Origin: Candidatus Marinamargulisbacteria bacterium
GTDB lineage: Bacteria > Margulisbacteria > Marinamargulisbacteria > GCA-2716485 > GCA-002719695
DNA: 27,240 bases
Assembly: GCA_044350955.1 (NCBI GenBank)
Contig: JBILGQ010000001.1
Location: 1 to 27,240 of the forward strand
Direction: 5' to 3'
The notes beneath the pieces were generated by a model. The model had not been told where the DNA came from. It worked only from the letters and a program-made list of their open reading frames with translations, and did not search any database. Shown piece after piece: positions 16,452 to 25,811 of the stretch; the stretch's first letter is position 1; the number at the start of each line of letters is the position of its first letter. The position numbers and the translations under genes were made by a program.

Positions 16452-16976
16452 ATGGGTAATTTAGCTGAAAAGAAAGAAAAGGTTAAACAAATTGAGCGTG
16501 TATTCGATGATTCAACAGCGGTTGTAGTAGCGGCTTATCTTGGAGTTAAGGCTAATAATATTGCTTCTCTAAGAAAATCTTTGTTCACAACTGGTGCGAC
16601 AGCAGAAGTTATGAAGAATACTTTTGTGAGAAAAGGTCTAGATAGTTTGAGTATTAATTATTCAGATGATCTGATAACTGGTGGGAACGTTTTTGTGAAC
16701 ACCAATGAAGATATAGTTGGCATGGCTAAGGTATTAGTCGGTTTTCAGAAAGAGAATGAGAAGTTCGAAATAAAGGGTGCCTTTTTGAATAAAAAGTTTA
16801 TTTCGACCTCTGAAGTTCAAAAGCTTTCTGAATTGCCATCGAGAGAAGTGTTGCTGGCAATGGCTTTGATGCGAATGAAGTCGCCAATATCTGGTCTAGT
16901 AAGAACGTTATCAAGTCCAATAAATGGATTGGTATGTGTGCTTAATAATATTAAAGAAAAAAGAAATGGAGGTTAA
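16452..16976 (+). CDS. rplJ: 50S ribosomal protein L10
   Basis: Position between rplA and rplL; LRKSL, VMKNT and [12 protein letters not shown] motifs (divergent). Confidence 0.93.
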   Translation: MGNLAEKKEKVKQIERVFDDSTAVVVAAYLGVKANNIASLRKSLFTTGATAEVMKNTFVRKGLDSLSINYSDDLITGGNVFVNTNEDIVGMAKVLVGFQKENEKFEIKGAFLNKKFISTSEVQKLSELPSREVLLAMALMRMKSPISGLVRTLSSPINGLVCVLNNIKEKRNGG

Positions 16977-16980
16977 TGAC

Positions 16981-17385
16981 ATGTCAAGCGAAACAAAAAC
17001 ACAAGAGTTGTCTGATCAGTCTAAAAAAATTATCGAGAGCATAGAAGGGATGACTGTACTTGAGTTATCACATCTAGTGAAAGCTTTAGAAGATAAGTTT
17101 GGGGTTGTTGCGGCTGCACCAGTAGCTGTAGTAGCACAAGGTGGAGCAGTTGCTGCCGATGATAATGATGGGGATGATACAGTAAATGTAATTTTAGCAT
17201 CAGTTGGAGATAAAAAAATCCAAGTACTTAAAGTAGTAAGAGAGCTTACTGGTTTAGGTTTGAAAGAAGCTAAAGATATTGTTGATACAGCTCCTCAGCC
17301 AATTAAACAAGGTGTTTCTAAAGAAGAAGCTGAAGTTATTAAAAAACAATTAGAAGAGCAAGGCGCAAAGGTCGAGTTTAAATAA
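16981..17385 (+). CDS. rplL: 50S ribosomal protein L7/L12
   Basis: [39 protein letters not shown]. Start set at ATG 16981 with GGAGG at 16968-16972; the ORF-track start overlaps rplJ. Confidence 0.98.
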   Translation: MSSETKTQELSDQSKKIIESIEGMTVLELSHLVKALEDKFGVVAAAPVAVVAQGGAVAADDNDGDDTVNVILASVGDKKIQVLKVVRELTGLGLKEAKDIVDTAPQPIKQGVSKEEAEVIKKQLEEQGAKVEFK

Positions 17386-17404
17386 TATAATTCAATACAA
17401 AGAT

Positions 17405-17440
17405 TACCTGGGTCAAAATTTGACCCAGGTATTTTTTTTT
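17405..17440 (+). terminator. Intrinsic terminator/attenuator between rplL and rpoB
   Basis: TACCTGGGTCA-AAATT-TGACCCAGGTA (11-bp perfect stem) followed by T9 (17432-17440). Confidence 0.9.
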
Positions 17441-17455
17441 GTGAGGGGATAGAGT

Positions 17456-20400
17456 GTGACTAAAGACATGAGCAAACGTGAGAGAATAAAATTAAGTACC
17501 GGAGAAATTAAAGATAATTTATCCCCCCCGAATCTAATTGAGCTACAAATAGATTCATTTGAAAGATTCAAAAAAGAATTCATAAAAGAAGAATTACAAA
17601 ACATTTCGCCTGTAGTTGGTTATGGGGGTAAGTTAGAGCTTGAGTTTTTAAATGATTACGAACTTGAGGAGCCAGAATATAGTTTTATCGAATGTCAACA
17701 TCGCGAAATAACCTATTCTTCTCCTTTAAAAGTTAATTTAAGATTAACAAACAAAGAAACTGGACAAGTGATTGAGCAGAAAGCTCTTTTAAGTGATATA
17801 CCAGTAATGAGTCAGTATGGTTCATTTTTGATTAATGGTGCAGAGCGTATAATTGTCAGTCAATTCGTAAGATCACCGGGTGTCTATTTTAGAGAAAAAC
17901 CTAGTGCTATTACATCTGTGCCGCTTTTTGTGACGACAATTATTCCTAATCGTGGTTCATGGTTAGAGATTGAGTCTGAAAAAGATAACACTATTCATGC
18001 AAATATTAATAAACTTAAAAAGGTTCCTATTACTGTACTTCTTGGTGCTCTTGGGTTTACTGAAAAAGAGATATACGAAAATATTCATCATAAAGATTTT
18101 TTAAAAATTACATTTGATAAGTATCCTTTAATGTCTTATGAAGAATCATTAGTAGAATTAAATAAAAAATTAAGACCTGGAGATCCTGTTACAGTAGAAG
18201 GTGCAAAAAAAACATTGAATGCATTGTTTTTTGAAAATTCAAAATACGATTTATCAACTGTAGGTCGTTATAGAATTAACAGACGTTTAGGAATAAAAGT
18301 AGACGAAAGTAACACCGTTTTGACAAAGCTTGATATATTGTTACTGTGTAACGAGCTAATTAAATTGATTCATGGCGATGGAAATTTAGACGATATTGAC
18401 CATCTTGGAAATAGACGTATTAGAACTGTAGGTGAGCAGCTTCAAAAACAACTTAGAATAGGGCTTGCAAGACTTGAAAGATTAATTAAAGAGCAAATGG
18501 CATTAAAGGTTAACGAAAACTTGGTGCCTCAGAATTTAATTAATATTCGTCCTGTAGTTGCTGTTATGAGAGAGTTTTTTGGAAGTTCTCAGTTATCTCA
18601 ATTTATGGATCAAACTAATCCATTAGCGGAGCTTGCTCATAAAAGAAGGCTTTCTGCTTTGGGGCCGGGTGGTTTAACAAAAGAACGAGCTGGTTTTGAT
18701 GTGCGTGATATTCATCCGTCACATTACGGAAGGATTTGTCCGATTGAAACTCCAGAGGGTCCGAATGCTGGTTTGATTGGACCATTGGCTACTTTTGCAA
18801 AAATTAATACTTACGGTTTTATTACTAGTCCCTATAAAAAGGTTGAAAAATGTACTGTAACTGAAGAAATAGTTTATATTTCGGCTGATGAAGAGGATGA
18901 TTTATATATTGCTCCTTGGGATTCTCCACAAGATAAAAATAAATTTTCAAAAGAATTGGTTATAGCAAGACATAAACGTCAGTTTATATTGGTTTCTAGA
19001 GATAAAATTCAATTTATTGGTGTTTCTCCTAAACAACTTGTAGGTATTTCTTGCGGTTTAATACCATTCTTAGAGCATAATGACGCGAATAGAGCTTTGA
19101 TGGGTGCAAACATGCAACGTCAAGCTGTACCTCTTATTCAGACTGAGGCTCCATATGTTGGGACTGGTCTAGAGACTGTTGTTGCTGGCGACTCTAGTTC
19201 AGTTATTAAGGCAAAAGATGAGGGTGAGGTTATTTCTGCTAATAGCGAAGAAATTGTAGTAAAATCTAAGTCTGGCAAAAAAGTATACCCTTTACAAAAG
19301 TTTTTTAGATCTAACCAAAACACAACAAAAAATCAAAAGCCAATTGTACATGTTGGCGATAAAGTGAATGCTGGAGAAGTTTTGGCTGATGGATATTCGA
19401 CAAAAGACGGAGAGCTTGCATTAGGAAAAAATGTTTGTATAGCTTTTATGGCTTGGGAAGGATATAACTTTGAGGATGCTATTGTTATTTCAGAAAGACT
19501 TGTTAAAGAAGATACGTTTTCTTCAGTACACATTCATAAATATGAAATGGAAGTGCGATCAACAAAGTTAGGTCCAGAGGAAATTACAGCTGAGTTACCT
19601 AATGTCTCTGACGAAGCTATAGCGCATTTAGATGAAAATGGTATTGTGAAAATTGGTTCATATGTAACTCCTGGCGATATTTTGGTTGGTAAAGTTACTC
19701 CTAAAGGTGAATCTGAACCGCCTGCAGAAGAAAAGCTGTTAAGAGCTATTTTTGGAGATAAAATAAGAGACATGAAAGATACGTCATTAAGAGTATCTTC
19801 TGGTGAAACTGGTAAAGTAATTGGTGTTCGTGTTTTCTCAAGAGAAACTGATGATCTGTTGCCTGCTGGGGTTAATTATTTAGTCCGGGTTTATTTGGCA
19901 CAGCTTCGTAAAATTTCTATTGGTGATAAAATGGCAGGACGGCATGGTAATAAAGGTGTTATTTCTACCATATTACCTGTTGAAGATATGCCTTTCTTGC
20001 CAAACGGACAAGCGGTTGATGTAATATTGAATCCGCTAGGTGTTCCATCAAGGATGAACGTCGGTCAGTTATTTGAAACCTTACTAGGTATGGCGGCTCA
20101 TGCATTAGAAGAAAACCTTGAGGTGCAGTTGTTTGATGAGGTCTATGGAGATCGAACCTCTGTTGACCTAGTTGAAGCAAAGTTGAAAAAGGCCGCAAAA
20201 GTTGAAGGATTTGATTGGGTTACCACTTCAGGTAAAACGTTGTTACGTGATGGTAGAACAGGTTTACCTATGGATAGGCCAGTAACAGTAGGTTATATGT
20301 ATATGCTGAAGTTAATACATTTAGTTGAAGATAAAATTCATGCTAGATCAACTGGGCCATATTCATTAGTAACTCAACAACCTCTAGGTGGAAAGGCTCA

Positions 20401-20662
20401 GTACGGTGGCCAACGCTTTGGAGAGATGGAGGTATGGGCTCTAGAAGCTTATGGAGCTGCTCATACACTTCAAGAAATGTTAACGATTAAATCAGATGAT
20501 TTAACGGGACGTTCTAAATGTTATGAGTCAATTATTAAAGGCAAGCCAATGGGTAAGCCGGGTACTCCAGAGTCATTCAGGGTGCTATTGAGAGAACTGC
20601 GTTCAATTGCTTTAGACATTCGAATAGTTTCTTCGGATGGTACTGAAATTGATACTCGATAA
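17456..20662 (+). CDS. rpoB: RNA polymerase beta subunit (compact, 1068 aa)
   Basis: SQFMDQTNP, HKRRLSALGPGGL, GDKMAGRHGNKG and GGQRFGEMEVWALEAYGA motifs; GTG start with GAGGGG at 17443-17448. Confidence 0.99.
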   Translation: MTKDMSKRERIKLSTGEIKDNLSPPNLIELQIDSFERFKKEFIKEELQNISPVVGYGGKLELEFLNDYELEEPEYSFIECQHREITYSSPLKVNLRLTNKETGQVIEQKALLSDIPVMSQYGSFLINGAERIIVSQFVRSPGVYFREKPSAITSVPLFVTTIIPNRGSWLEIESEKDNTIHANINKLKKVPITVLLGALGFTEKEIYENIHHKDFLKITFDKYPLMSYEESLVELNKKLRPGDPVTVEGAKKTLNALFFENSKYDLSTVGRYRINRRLGIKVDESNTVLTKLDILLLCNELIKLIHGDGNLDDIDHLGNRRIRTVGEQLQKQLRIGLARLERLIKEQMALKVNENLVPQNLINIRPVVAVMREFFGSSQLSQFMDQTNPLAELAHKRRLSALGPGGLTKERAGFDVRDIHPSHYGRICPIETPEGPNAGLIGPLATFAKINTYGFITSPYKKVEKCTVTEEIVYISADEEDDLYIAPWDSPQDKNKFSKELVIARHKRQFILVSRDKIQFIGVSPKQLVGISCGLIPFLEHNDANRALMGANMQRQAVPLIQTEAPYVGTGLETVVAGDSSSVIKAKDEGEVISANSEEIVVKSKSGKKVYPLQKFFRSNQNTTKNQKPIVHVGDKVNAGEVLADGYSTKDGELALGKNVCIAFMAWEGYNFEDAIVISERLVKEDTFSSVHIHKYEMEVRSTKLGPEEITAELPNVSDEAIAHLDENGIVKIGSYVTPGDILVGKVTPKGESEPPAEEKLLRAIFGDKIRDMKDTSLRVSSGETGKVIGVRVFSRETDDLLPAGVNYLVRVYLAQLRKISIGDKMAGRHGNKGVISTILPVEDMPFLPNGQAVDVILNPLGVPSRMNVGQLFETLLGMAAHALEENLEVQLFDEVYGDRTSVDLVEAKLKKAAKVEGFDWVTTSGKTLLRDGRTGLPMDRPVTVGYMYMLKLIHLVEDKIHARSTGPYSLVTQQPLGGKAQYGGQRFGEMEVWALEAYGAAHTLQEMLTIKSDDLTGRSKCYESIIKGKPMGKPGTPESFRVLLRELRSIALDIRIVSSDGTEIDTR

Positions 20663-20674
20663 AGGAGAATACTA

Positions 20675-23600
20675 ATGTTTGTAAATGACCCCAAAGAATT
20701 TGAGTTTTTAGAAATCTTTTTAGCCTCACCTGATCGAATTAGATTTTGGTCTTATGGAGAGATTGAAAAGCCTGAAACAATTAACTATAGAACATTTAAG
20801 CCTGAACGTAAGGGACTATTTTGTGAAAAAATATTTGGTCCTGTAAAAGATTGGGAGTGTTCATGCGGAAAGTACCGTAGAATTCGTTATAGAGGTATTG
20901 TGTGCGAGCGTTGTGGTGTTGAGGTAACTCACTCTAAGGTTCGTAGAGAAAGAATGGGGCACATTGAGTTAGCTGCACCTGTTACACATATTTGGTTTTT
21001 AAAGGGAATTCCTAGTTATATGGGAATTCTTTTAAACATGTCTTCAAGACAACTTGAAGAGGTGATTTATTACGATTCCTATATCATTATCGCAGTTGAC
21101 GAAACTATACCAGATGTAAAAATTAATCAAATAGTCTCAACGGTTGAATTCTTAAACATAAAAGAAAAATATGGTGACAAAGTAACCGCTGATATTGGTG
21201 CTGCTGCTATTAGAACTTTGTTGCGCCAATTAAACCTTGAAAAGCTATCTATTGAATTGCGAAATCAATTAGAAGAAGCCAAAGGTCAGAATAAACAAAA
21301 GTTGATAAAACGATTAAGAGTGATTGAATCAGTGTCAAATTCTGGTAATAAACCAGAATGGTTGGTTCTTGATGCTATTCCAGTTATGCCTCCTGATTTG
21401 CGACCAATGGTCCAATTAGAGGGCGGTCGTTTTGCTACTTCAGATTTAAACGATTTATATAGACGGGTTGTAAATAGAAACAATCGTTTGAAGCGTTTAA
21501 AAGATATCGGTGCTCCTGATATGATTATCCGAAACGAAAAAAGGATGTTGCAGGAGTCTGTTGATGTTTTAATAGCAAATGGTAAACGCGGAAGAGCTGT
21601 TACTGGTTCTAACAATAGACCATTAAAGTCATTAGGAAATATCATCGAGGGTAAACAAGGCCGATTCAGACAAAACCTATTAGGAAAACGTGTTGATTAC
21701 TCAGCAAGATCTGTAATAGTAGTTGGACCACATTTAAAATTTAATCAATGCGGTCTTCCAAAGGAGATGGCATTAGAGTTATTTAAACCATTTGTGTTGA
21801 GAAAATTGGTTGAAGAAGGATTTTCATCAAACGTAAAAAACGCTAAGAGAAAAATTGAAGAGAGAGATGTAGTTATATGGTCTATCGTTGAAAAGGTCAT
21901 TAAAGGTCGCTCAGTATTATTGAACAGGGCTCCCACTTTACATAGATTGGGGATACAAGCTTTCCAACCGATTCTTGTTGAGGGTTCGGCGATTCAAGTG
22001 CATCCTCTTGTATGTACTGCCTTTAACGCTGACTTTGATGGCGACCAAATGGCGGTACATTTACCATTGGGTATCGAAGCGCAAGCTGAGTGTAAATTTT
22101 TAATTGAATCTACAAATAATATACTTTCACCTTCATCTGGAAAAGCGATAGTAACACCTACTCAAGATATGATTTTGGGTTGTTATTATTTAACTGTTGA
22201 TAATAAAAACGAAAAATTACATGCATCTGTATATGGTAATGTTGATGAAATTCTTCGTGCTCATAGTGCGGGTGTATTAAATTATCAGAGCAAGATACGC
22301 GCCAGATTAGACGGTCAGATTATTGAAACTACTTTGGGAAGAGTTATTTTTAATGAAGCTATTAGAGATATTTTAAGAGAAAGTAATTTGGATTTATATG
22401 AATTTATCAATGTCAAAATTGGAAAATCAGAATTATCAGACTTAATTTATAATTTTTATATTCAATATGGAAATGAAATTACAGGTGAGATTGCAAATGC
22501 TCTAAAAAATATTGGGTTTAGATATTCTACTCTTTCTGGAATTTCAATATCTATAGACGACTTAACAATACCTGATAGTAAACCTGAACTTATCAATGAG
22601 GCTGTAGTTTCTATTGAACAGTTGAATGTGATGGAAACGAAAGGTTTAATTACAAATTCTGATAAAAAGTATAGAACAAGCGAGATTTGGAGAACCACGT
22701 CTCAAAAAGTATCAGATGCTTTATCTAAAACAATGGGTGAGTTAAATAATGTTTATATTATGGCTAACTCAGGTGCAAGAGGAAATATGGATCAGGTACG
22801 TCAGCTTGCAGGTATGCGAGGATTGATGTCTGACTCTCGAGGAAGAACAATTGAAATTCCAATTCGTTCGAATTTTAAAGAAGGCTTGACCTTAACTGAA
22901 TATTTTATTTCTGCTTATGGAGCAAGAAAAGGATTGGTTGATACTGCCTTAAGAACTGCAGACTCGGGATATTTAACGCGTCGTCTTGTTGATGTGGCTC
23001 AAGATATTATGGTTACAGAAGAAGATTGTGGAGCAACTGAAGGTATAGATTATACAGCTTTAAAATCTGGTTTTACTAATATGGTATCACTAGCTGATAT
23101 CATTGAAGGTAGATCTTCTTTAGAAACGATTAAAAACGCATCGAATAAGATTATTGTCAAAAAAGGTGATATAATATCTAAAAAGGGTGCAATAGAAATA
23201 GAAGCTTCAGGTGTTAAATCTGTAAAAACCCGTAGTATTTTTACATGTATCTCAGAACGTGGTGCTTGCCAAAAATGTTATGGAATTGATTTATCAACAA
23301 CAAGAGAAGTAAATATTGGAGAAGCAATTGGAATTATTGCTGCACAATCGATAGGTGAGCCTGGAACGCAGTTAACAATGAGAACTTTCCATACCGGAGG
23401 AGTTGACTTAAGACGTGCTTCATTGGTGAGTATTACTGCTAATGCAGATGGTAAAGTTAAATTTTCTGATAACTTCAAATTATCGAAGTTAAATGAAGGT
23501 AAAGCAAGTAAATGGATAATAAACGATCATTCAATCATAACGATTGAAGGAAAGAAAAATTCAGTATTAGAAATACCTAAGTACTCAAAGATACTTGTGA

Positions 23601-24916
23601 AAGATGAGGCTTTTGTCAAAAAAGGCGATGTTATAGCTGAATATGATCCTTATGACTTATATGTTATATCAACTAATAATGGTATAGCCTATTATGACGA
23701 ATCGTTAGTTGTTGAATTAGATCAGGCTGACGGATCAAAAGTATTAAATACTAAATCGCATGGAGAAGTATTTGTATATACCTCTGAAAATGTTGAAGTG
23801 CATTATTTTTCTAAAACAAATGCAGAAAAGCTAGAGGTTAACTCAAAAATATTACCTGAGTTAATTAAAGGTTGTGAACACAAAACCTCTGGATTAGTCT
23901 TAAGCGTTACAGAGAATAAAGAATCTACTAAGAAAAGTAGTGATTATAAAGTTGAGATAGCGTTTGGTTTATCATATGCCTTTTCAAGAGGGTCTATGTT
24001 GTACGTAAAAAATAAGGCCAAAGTAGCAATCGGAGACTGTTTAGTTGCCCAACGTGTTGTTACAGATGTTTCTAAAACTGAGGATATTGTACAGGGTCTT
24101 CCGAAGGTAGAAGAGTTATTTGAAGCTAGAAAACCGAAAGATTCAGCAACTGTATCTGAAATTGATGGTGTTGTTGACATTGAACAAAATAATTTTTGTT
24201 GGAATGTTATTGTTTCGAATTCTGAGGGCGATAAAAAGGAGTATAAAATAGCATTCGATTCCATTTTACTTGCGTCAACCGGACAAGAGGTTAAGAAGGG
24301 AGATAAATTGAATGAGGGCGCTTTTAATCCTCATGATATAGCCAAAACAAAAAATATCGAAGAAACAAGAAGATATCTAGCAGATGAGGTACAACGGGTA
24401 TATGCTTCGCAAGGTGTACAGATTAATAAAAAACACATAGAAGTTATCATAAAGCAAATGACTAAAAAAGTTGTTTTAACTGATATGGGTGATAGTACAT
24501 TATTGTTGAATGAAATTATGGATAGAAAAGTATTTAATGAAATTAACGAAAAGTTAATAGCAGATGGTAAAAAACCATGTGAGTCTATGCCTTTGCTTTT
24601 AGGTATAACACGTGCTTCACTGAGCACAGATTCATTTATATCAGCTTCTTCTTTTCAACAAACATCGGGTGTGTTAACAAAGGCTGCTTTAGAAGGGCAG
24701 CGTGATAACATGTTTGGCTTAAAGGAAAATGTAATAATAGGTAAGCTTATTCCAGCAGGGACAGGTATCTTTGATCATGAACATATCGTGTTAAAATTTG
24801 GTAATAATCAGGAGATAAATGAAGATTTTGAGGCTTCACAAAATGACAAAGAAAATGTTGATAGTATAAAACTTAAAGAGAAAAAAGAAATTGACATCAA
24901 GGGTAAAGTTGTATAA
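20675..24916 (+). CDS. rpoC: RNA polymerase beta' subunit, unsplit, with a trigger-loop insertion (SI3)
   Basis: Zn ribbon CSCGKY...[14 protein letters not shown], bridge helix, [12 protein letters not shown]; AAGGAG RBS. Confidence 0.99.
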   Translation: MFVNDPKEFEFLEIFLASPDRIRFWSYGEIEKPETINYRTFKPERKGLFCEKIFGPVKDWECSCGKYRRIRYRGIVCERCGVEVTHSKVRRERMGHIELAAPVTHIWFLKGIPSYMGILLNMSSRQLEEVIYYDSYIIIAVDETIPDVKINQIVSTVEFLNIKEKYGDKVTADIGAAAIRTLLRQLNLEKLSIELRNQLEEAKGQNKQKLIKRLRVIESVSNSGNKPEWLVLDAIPVMPPDLRPMVQLEGGRFATSDLNDLYRRVVNRNNRLKRLKDIGAPDMIIRNEKRMLQESVDVLIANGKRGRAVTGSNNRPLKSLGNIIEGKQGRFRQNLLGKRVDYSARSVIVVGPHLKFNQCGLPKEMALELFKPFVLRKLVEEGFSSNVKNAKRKIEERDVVIWSIVEKVIKGRSVLLNRAPTLHRLGIQAFQPILVEGSAIQVHPLVCTAFNADFDGDQMAVHLPLGIEAQAECKFLIESTNNILSPSSGKAIVTPTQDMILGCYYLTVDNKNEKLHASVYGNVDEILRAHSAGVLNYQSKIRARLDGQIIETTLGRVIFNEAIRDILRESNLDLYEFINVKIGKSELSDLIYNFYIQYGNEITGEIANALKNIGFRYSTLSGISISIDDLTIPDSKPELINEAVVSIEQLNVMETKGLITNSDKKYRTSEIWRTTSQKVSDALSKTMGELNNVYIMANSGARGNMDQVRQLAGMRGLMSDSRGRTIEIPIRSNFKEGLTLTEYFISAYGARKGLVDTALRTADSGYLTRRLVDVAQDIMVTEEDCGATEGIDYTALKSGFTNMVSLADIIEGRSSLETIKNASNKIIVKKGDIISKKGAIEIEASGVKSVKTRSIFTCISERGACQKCYGIDLSTTREVNIGEAIGIIAAQSIGEPGTQLTMRTFHTGGVDLRRASLVSITANADGKVKFSDNFKLSKLNEGKASKWIINDHSIITIEGKKNSVLEIPKYSKILVKDEAFVKKGDVIAEYDPYDLYVISTNNGIAYYDESLVVELDQADGSKVLNTKSHGEVFVYTSENVEVHYFSKTNAEKLEVNSKILPELIKGCEHKTSGLVLSVTENKESTKKSSDYKVEIAFGLSYAFSRGSMLYVKNKAKVAIGDCLVAQRVVTDVSKTEDIVQGLPKVEELFEARKPKDSATVSEIDGVVDIEQNNFCWNVIVSNSEGDKKEYKIAFDSILLASTGQEVKKGDKLNEGAFNPHDIAKTKNIEETRRYLADEVQRVYASQGVQINKKHIEVIIKQMTKKVVLTDMGDSTLLLNEIMDRKVFNEINEKLIADGKKPCESMPLLLGITRASLSTDSFISASSFQQTSGVLTKAALEGQRDNMFGLKENVIIGKLIPAGTGIFDHEHIVLKFGNNQEINEDFEASQNDKENVDSIKLKEKKEIDIKGKVV

Positions 24917-24950
24917 CATACAACCCCACTAATTATAGAAGGAGAATATT

Positions 24951-25325
24951 TTGCCAACAGCAAATCAGTTAGTAAAAAGCTTTAGAAACAAGAAAAAGAA
25001 AAAAACAAAATCACCAGCATTACAAAAGTGTCCTCAAAAGAGGGGGATATGCGTAAGAGTATCAACAGCGACGCCTAAAAAGCCTAATTCAGCATTACGA
25101 AAAATTGCTAGGATTAGATTGTCAAATGGTATGGTTGTTACGGCATATATTCCAGGTGAAAAGCATTCTCTTTCAGAACATTCAGCTGTCGATATTAGAG
25201 GGGGTAGAGTTAAAGATTTACCTGGTGTTCGGTATACGGTTGTTAGAGGAAGAAGAGACTTGTTAGGCGTAGATAAACGAAAAAAGTCGCGTTCTCGTTA
25301 CGGCACTAAAAAGCAGAAATCATAA
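24951..25325 (+). CDS. rpsL: 30S ribosomal protein S12 (divergent)
   Basis: TTG start with AAGGAG; [11 protein letters not shown] and [13 protein letters not shown] motifs. Confidence 0.98.
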   Translation: MPTANQLVKSFRNKKKKKTKSPALQKCPQKRGICVRVSTATPKKPNSALRKIARIRLSNGMVVTAYIPGEKHSLSEHSAVDIRGGRVKDLPGVRYTVVRGRRDLLGVDKRKKSRSRYGTKKQKS

Positions 25326-25338
25326 TAAGAGGTTATAA

Positions 25339-25809
25339 ATGTCTAGAAAGCCAAATTATAAAAAAAAGCCAGTTGTATTAGATGAAAGATTTAATAACGA
25401 GTGGGTATCAAAGTTTATTAACAAGATCATGTTAGATGGTAAAAAAGCTAAAGCTAAAAATATGCTCTATAAATCAATTGAGATTTTATCTCAAAAAACA
25501 AGCGCGCCAGGTTTAGATGCATTTTTGACAGCTCTTGAAAATGTAATGCCAAAAATGGAAGTAAAATCTCGACGTGTTGGTGGATCTACTTATCAAGTAC
25601 CAGTAGAAGTAAAACGTGATCGAGGATTTACTTTGGCCACTAGATGGGTTATTGAGTTTGCTAGAAAAAAGAAAGGGTCTAGTTTTGAAGAAAGATTAGC
25701 GTCAGAGTTTATTGATGCATTTAATAAAACAGGTTCAGTAATTAAAAAATGTGATGATACTCATAAAATGGCTGAGGCAAATAAAGCGTTTGCCCATTTT
25801 AGGTGGTAA
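25339..25809 (+). CDS. rpsG: 30S ribosomal protein S7
   Basis: [26 protein letters not shown] and [16 protein letters not shown] motifs. Confidence 0.98.
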   Translation: MSRKPNYKKKPVVLDERFNNEWVSKFINKIMLDGKKAKAKNMLYKSIEILSQKTSAPGLDAFLTALENVMPKMEVKSRRVGGSTYQVPVEVKRDRGFTLATRWVIEFARKKKGSSFEERLASEFIDAFNKTGSVIKKCDDTHKMAEANKAFAHFRW

Positions 25810-25811
25810 GT

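Noticed and set aside
10739-24627. Antisense ORFs inside proA, nusG, rpoB and rpoC (including 17413..17604)
   Set aside because: They are expected shadow ORFs opposite conserved genes; none has independent signals.
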